A stretch of 64,000 nucleotides of DNA, from positions 3,415,757 to 3,479,756 of the forward strand of contig OZ244844.1 in assembly GCA_965220805.1 (NCBI GenBank), written 5' to 3'. Source of the stretch: Alphaproteobacteria bacterium. GTDB taxonomy: Bacteria; Pseudomonadota; Alphaproteobacteria; SP197. The notes under the pieces were generated by a model that saw only the letters and a program-made list of their open reading frames with translations, searched no databases and was not told the DNA's origin. Positions 61,992 through 64,000 of the stretch are shown here, in pieces. Each line of letters opens with the position of its first letter. Position 1 is the stretch's first letter. The position numbers and the translations under genes were made by a program.

Positions 61992-62368
61992 CAGGCAAGT
62001 TCCGAGAGGTAGTTCCCGTAGGCGTCCTCGTTCATCAGGTCGTCGAGTTCCCCGGCATCCGTGAGCCGGATTCGTACAAACCAGCCCGCACCATAGGGAT
62101 CGGCATTGACCTCCGCCGGGTCGTCGCCGAGCGCGTCGTTGACCTCGACGACCTCTCCGGAGACAGGAGCGTAGACTTCGCTGGCCGCCTTGACCGATTC
62201 GACGACACACAGTTCATCATTGCGTGTCACCTGGCGTCCCGATTCCGGCAGCTCCACGAAGACCACATCACCAAGCTGTTCCTGGGCGTAATCGGAGATG
62301 CCGACGGTGCCGATATCATCGTCGACATCGATCCACTCGTGTTCCCTGCTGTAGAGCCTGTTCCCCAT
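61991..62368 (-). CDS. gcvH: glycine cleavage system H protein (start [14 protein letters not shown])
   Basis: Lipoyl-lysine motif ESVKAAS. Confidence 0.9.
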   Translation of the reverse strand: MGNRLYSREHEWIDVDDDIGTVGISDYAQEQLGDVVFVELPESGRQVTRNDELCVVESVKAASEVYAPVSGEVVEVNDALGDDPAEVNADPYGAGWFVRIRLTDAGELDDLMNEDAYGNYLSELA

Positions 62369-62396
62369 GGTGTCGTCTCCCTTCACGTCATCGGTG

Positions 62397-63524
62397 TCAT
62401 GACCGGTGATAGCGGTGTGGCACGAACGGCAGCGGCCGGATCTCGGCCTCCACCCATGAATTCCGTCTCTCGACCTCGACCGCAGTACCTTCCGCGGCCG
62501 CATCGCTCGCCACATAACCCATGGCGACCGGTCCCTGCGCCGTCGGACCGAAAGCGCCGCTCGTCACGGTCCCGAGTGGCGCGCCCGAGGACGAGCGAAT
62601 GGCCGCCCCTTCCCTCACCGGCGCCCTTCCGTGCGGAACCAGGCCGACCCGGCATCTCGGCGGGCCGTCACGCAGTTGCGAGACGATCACGTCGGCGCCG
62701 GGAAAACCGCCCTCGAGACGCCGCCGTTTCTGGATGGACCAGGCGAGTCCGGCCTCGACCGGAGTTGTCGTGGTGTCGATGTCGTGGCCGTGGAGGCAGA
62801 GGCCGGCTTCGAGGCGCAGGCTGTCCCGCGCGCCAAGCCCGGCCGGCTCGACACCGTCCCGGGAAAGCAGACGCCGGACCAGGGATTCAACGCCGCGGGA
62901 GGAGACCGACACCTCGACGCCGTCTTCACCGGTGTAGCCGGACCGGCTGACCATGAGTGTCTCGCCCTCCAGGGACCACAGGGCGGCCTGCATGAAGGAA
63001 AGACCTTCCGATTCCGGGACCAGGCGGGCGAAGGCGGCCACGGCTGCAGGACCCTGCAGGGCGATTAGGGCTCTTGTCTCGAGGACCTCGATATCGCACT
63101 CCTCGCCAATCAGCACATTCAGGCGCTCGATGTCGTCGTGCTTGCGTGCCGCGTTCACCACCAGCCACAGGTGATCCCCGAGCGAGGTCACCATCAGGTC
63201 GTCGAGTATGCCCCCGGTGCCGTTGGTGAACTGGGTGTAGCGCTGTCGTCCGGGACCAAGGCCAACGATGTCCGCCGCCACCAGGCGTTCGAGGGCGCAG
63301 GCCACGCTCTCCATGGACGCGCCCGGTCTGGCGGAAAGGCGGACCTGGCCCATGTGAGAGACATCGAAGAGGCTGGCAGAGTTTCGCGTGTGGCGGTGTT
63401 CGGCAAGAATGCCGGTCCTGTACTGCAACGGCATGGCATAGCCGGCAAAGGGCACCATGCGGGCCCCAAGCTTCCGGTGAAGGGCGCCAAGAGGAGTCTC
63501 GAGAAGAGTGTCATCAGGGGTCAA
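62397..63524 (-). CDS. gcvT: aminomethyltransferase (glycine cleavage T protein); TTG start at 63524 preferred because the GTG at 63560 lies inside the riboswitch terminator stem
   Basis: LGARMVPFAGYAMPLQY and downstream T-protein homology. Confidence 0.85.
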   Translation of the reverse strand: MTPDDTLLETPLGALHRKLGARMVPFAGYAMPLQYRTGILAEHRHTRNSASLFDVSHMGQVRLSARPGASMESVACALERLVAADIVGLGPGRQRYTQFTNGTGGILDDLMVTSLGDHLWLVVNAARKHDDIERLNVLIGEECDIEVLETRALIALQGPAAVAAFARLVPESEGLSFMQAALWSLEGETLMVSRSGYTGEDGVEVSVSSRGVESLVRRLLSRDGVEPAGLGARDSLRLEAGLCLHGHDIDTTTTPVEAGLAWSIQKRRRLEGGFPGADVIVSQLRDGPPRCRVGLVPHGRAPVREGAAIRSSSGAPLGTVTSGAFGPTAQGPVAMGYVASDAAAEGTAVEVERRNSWVEAEIRPLPFVPHRYHRS

Positions 63525-63545
63525 TGAACCTGTCCCGGTCGTTGC

Positions 63546-63752
63546 AAAGGGGGCGCGCACACGCCCCTCTTGCCCCCTCTGTCACCGAACCTGAGAGCAT
63601 CACCGGAACACCGGCTTTCCCCTTCGGTGAGAAGACGCACCAGCGCCTTCTTCTCTCCAGAGCAGCCATTCACCTGCGGTCCCTTTGCCTGAGAGATTTC
63701 GGGACAGATTGCACCTTCGGCGCCGGTCTCGGGACCGGTCTCTCCCGCAGGT
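63546..63752 (-). promoter_or_regulatory. tandem glycine riboswitch (two aptamers) with a terminator-like GC hairpin and U tract at its 3' end (63546-63566), upstream of gcvT
   Basis: Minus strand reads CGGGAGAGACCGG...GCGCCGAAGGTGCAA...CUCUCAGGCAAAGGGACCG then CUCUGGAGAG...CACCGAAGGGGAAAG...CUCUCAGG...GACAGAGGGGGCAAGAGG, matching the glycine aptamer consensus twice; followed by GGGGCGTGTGCGCGCCCCTTTG. Confidence 0.8.
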
Positions 63753-64000
63753 TTCAGCGGCTCCCAAGACTATTGAACCCGCCACCCGCCGTGTCAACCT
63801 CCAACCGGCAATCAGGTGGGACACGGTTCCAATGGACTTGCTGATGCTGTTGCGGGCTTTCCGACCATGGCGGATACCGTGTCGTACCCTTGATCGATCA
63901 GGGCGAGGAGCGCGAACACTGAAACCCGCGTTTGCGGCGCACGACGACAAGCTTGAGGTGGGTCCGGCGAACGGGCGAACCCGCTCGCGGCCCCTCTGGG

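Noticed and set aside
63600-63950. 116-aa ORF upstream of gcvT
   Set aside because: Overlaps the glycine riboswitch aptamers on the same strand; the region is better explained as structured leader RNA.

Overview
High-GC (about 65-70%) alphaproteobacterial chromosome segment built around housekeeping genes. Nearly all of 10.7-42.8 kb is a single minus-strand supercluster: tRNA-Tyr, tRNA-Gly, tuf, tRNA-Trp, secE, nusG, rplKAJL, rpoB, rpoC, rpsL, rpsG, fusA, a second tuf, then the S10, spc and alpha ribosomal operons through rplQ. Flanking genes are: a partial peptide/nickel-type ABC substrate-binding protein, lipB, acylphosphatase, propionyl-CoA carboxylase pccAB, an ATP12 chaperone, rluC-like, crcB and rarA on the left; rlmB-like, a second substrate-binding protein, a rubredoxin-ribbon/MBL-fold protein, tRNA-Thr, gor, gabD, a MalY/PatB C-S lyase, glmS, glmU, a HAD phosphatase, a lone MttB-family methyltransferase, the F0 ATP synthase operon atpI-B-E-F'-F and the glycine cleavage operon gcvT-H-PA-PB with a tandem glycine riboswitch on the right. 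The only accessory feature is a 1345-bp insertion sequence carrying just a catalytically intact TnpB (RuvC D/E/D plus zinc finger), wedged between the convergent lipB and acyP genes. Unusually for the IS200/IS605 family it has 22-bp imperfect terminal inverted repeats and an 8-bp direct duplication (TTTCACAA), and it has rewritten the last codons of lipB. Other points of note are a roughly 230-aa lineage-specific insertion in rpoB that looks like an internal duplication, two near-identical 1.2-kb tuf copies, a second copy of the IS target-site 14-mer next to tRNA-Thr, and several structured intergenic RNAs (rplJ leader, rplL-rpoB attenuator hairpin, glycine riboswitch terminator). No CRISPR array, defence island or rRNA was seen. 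The provided ORF track evidently accepts GTG/TTG starts (seen at several ORFs), so many track ORFs carry spurious N-terminal extensions; gene starts below are adjusted by homology where possible. Many long antisense or alternate-frame ORFs in the track are GC-rich artefacts.
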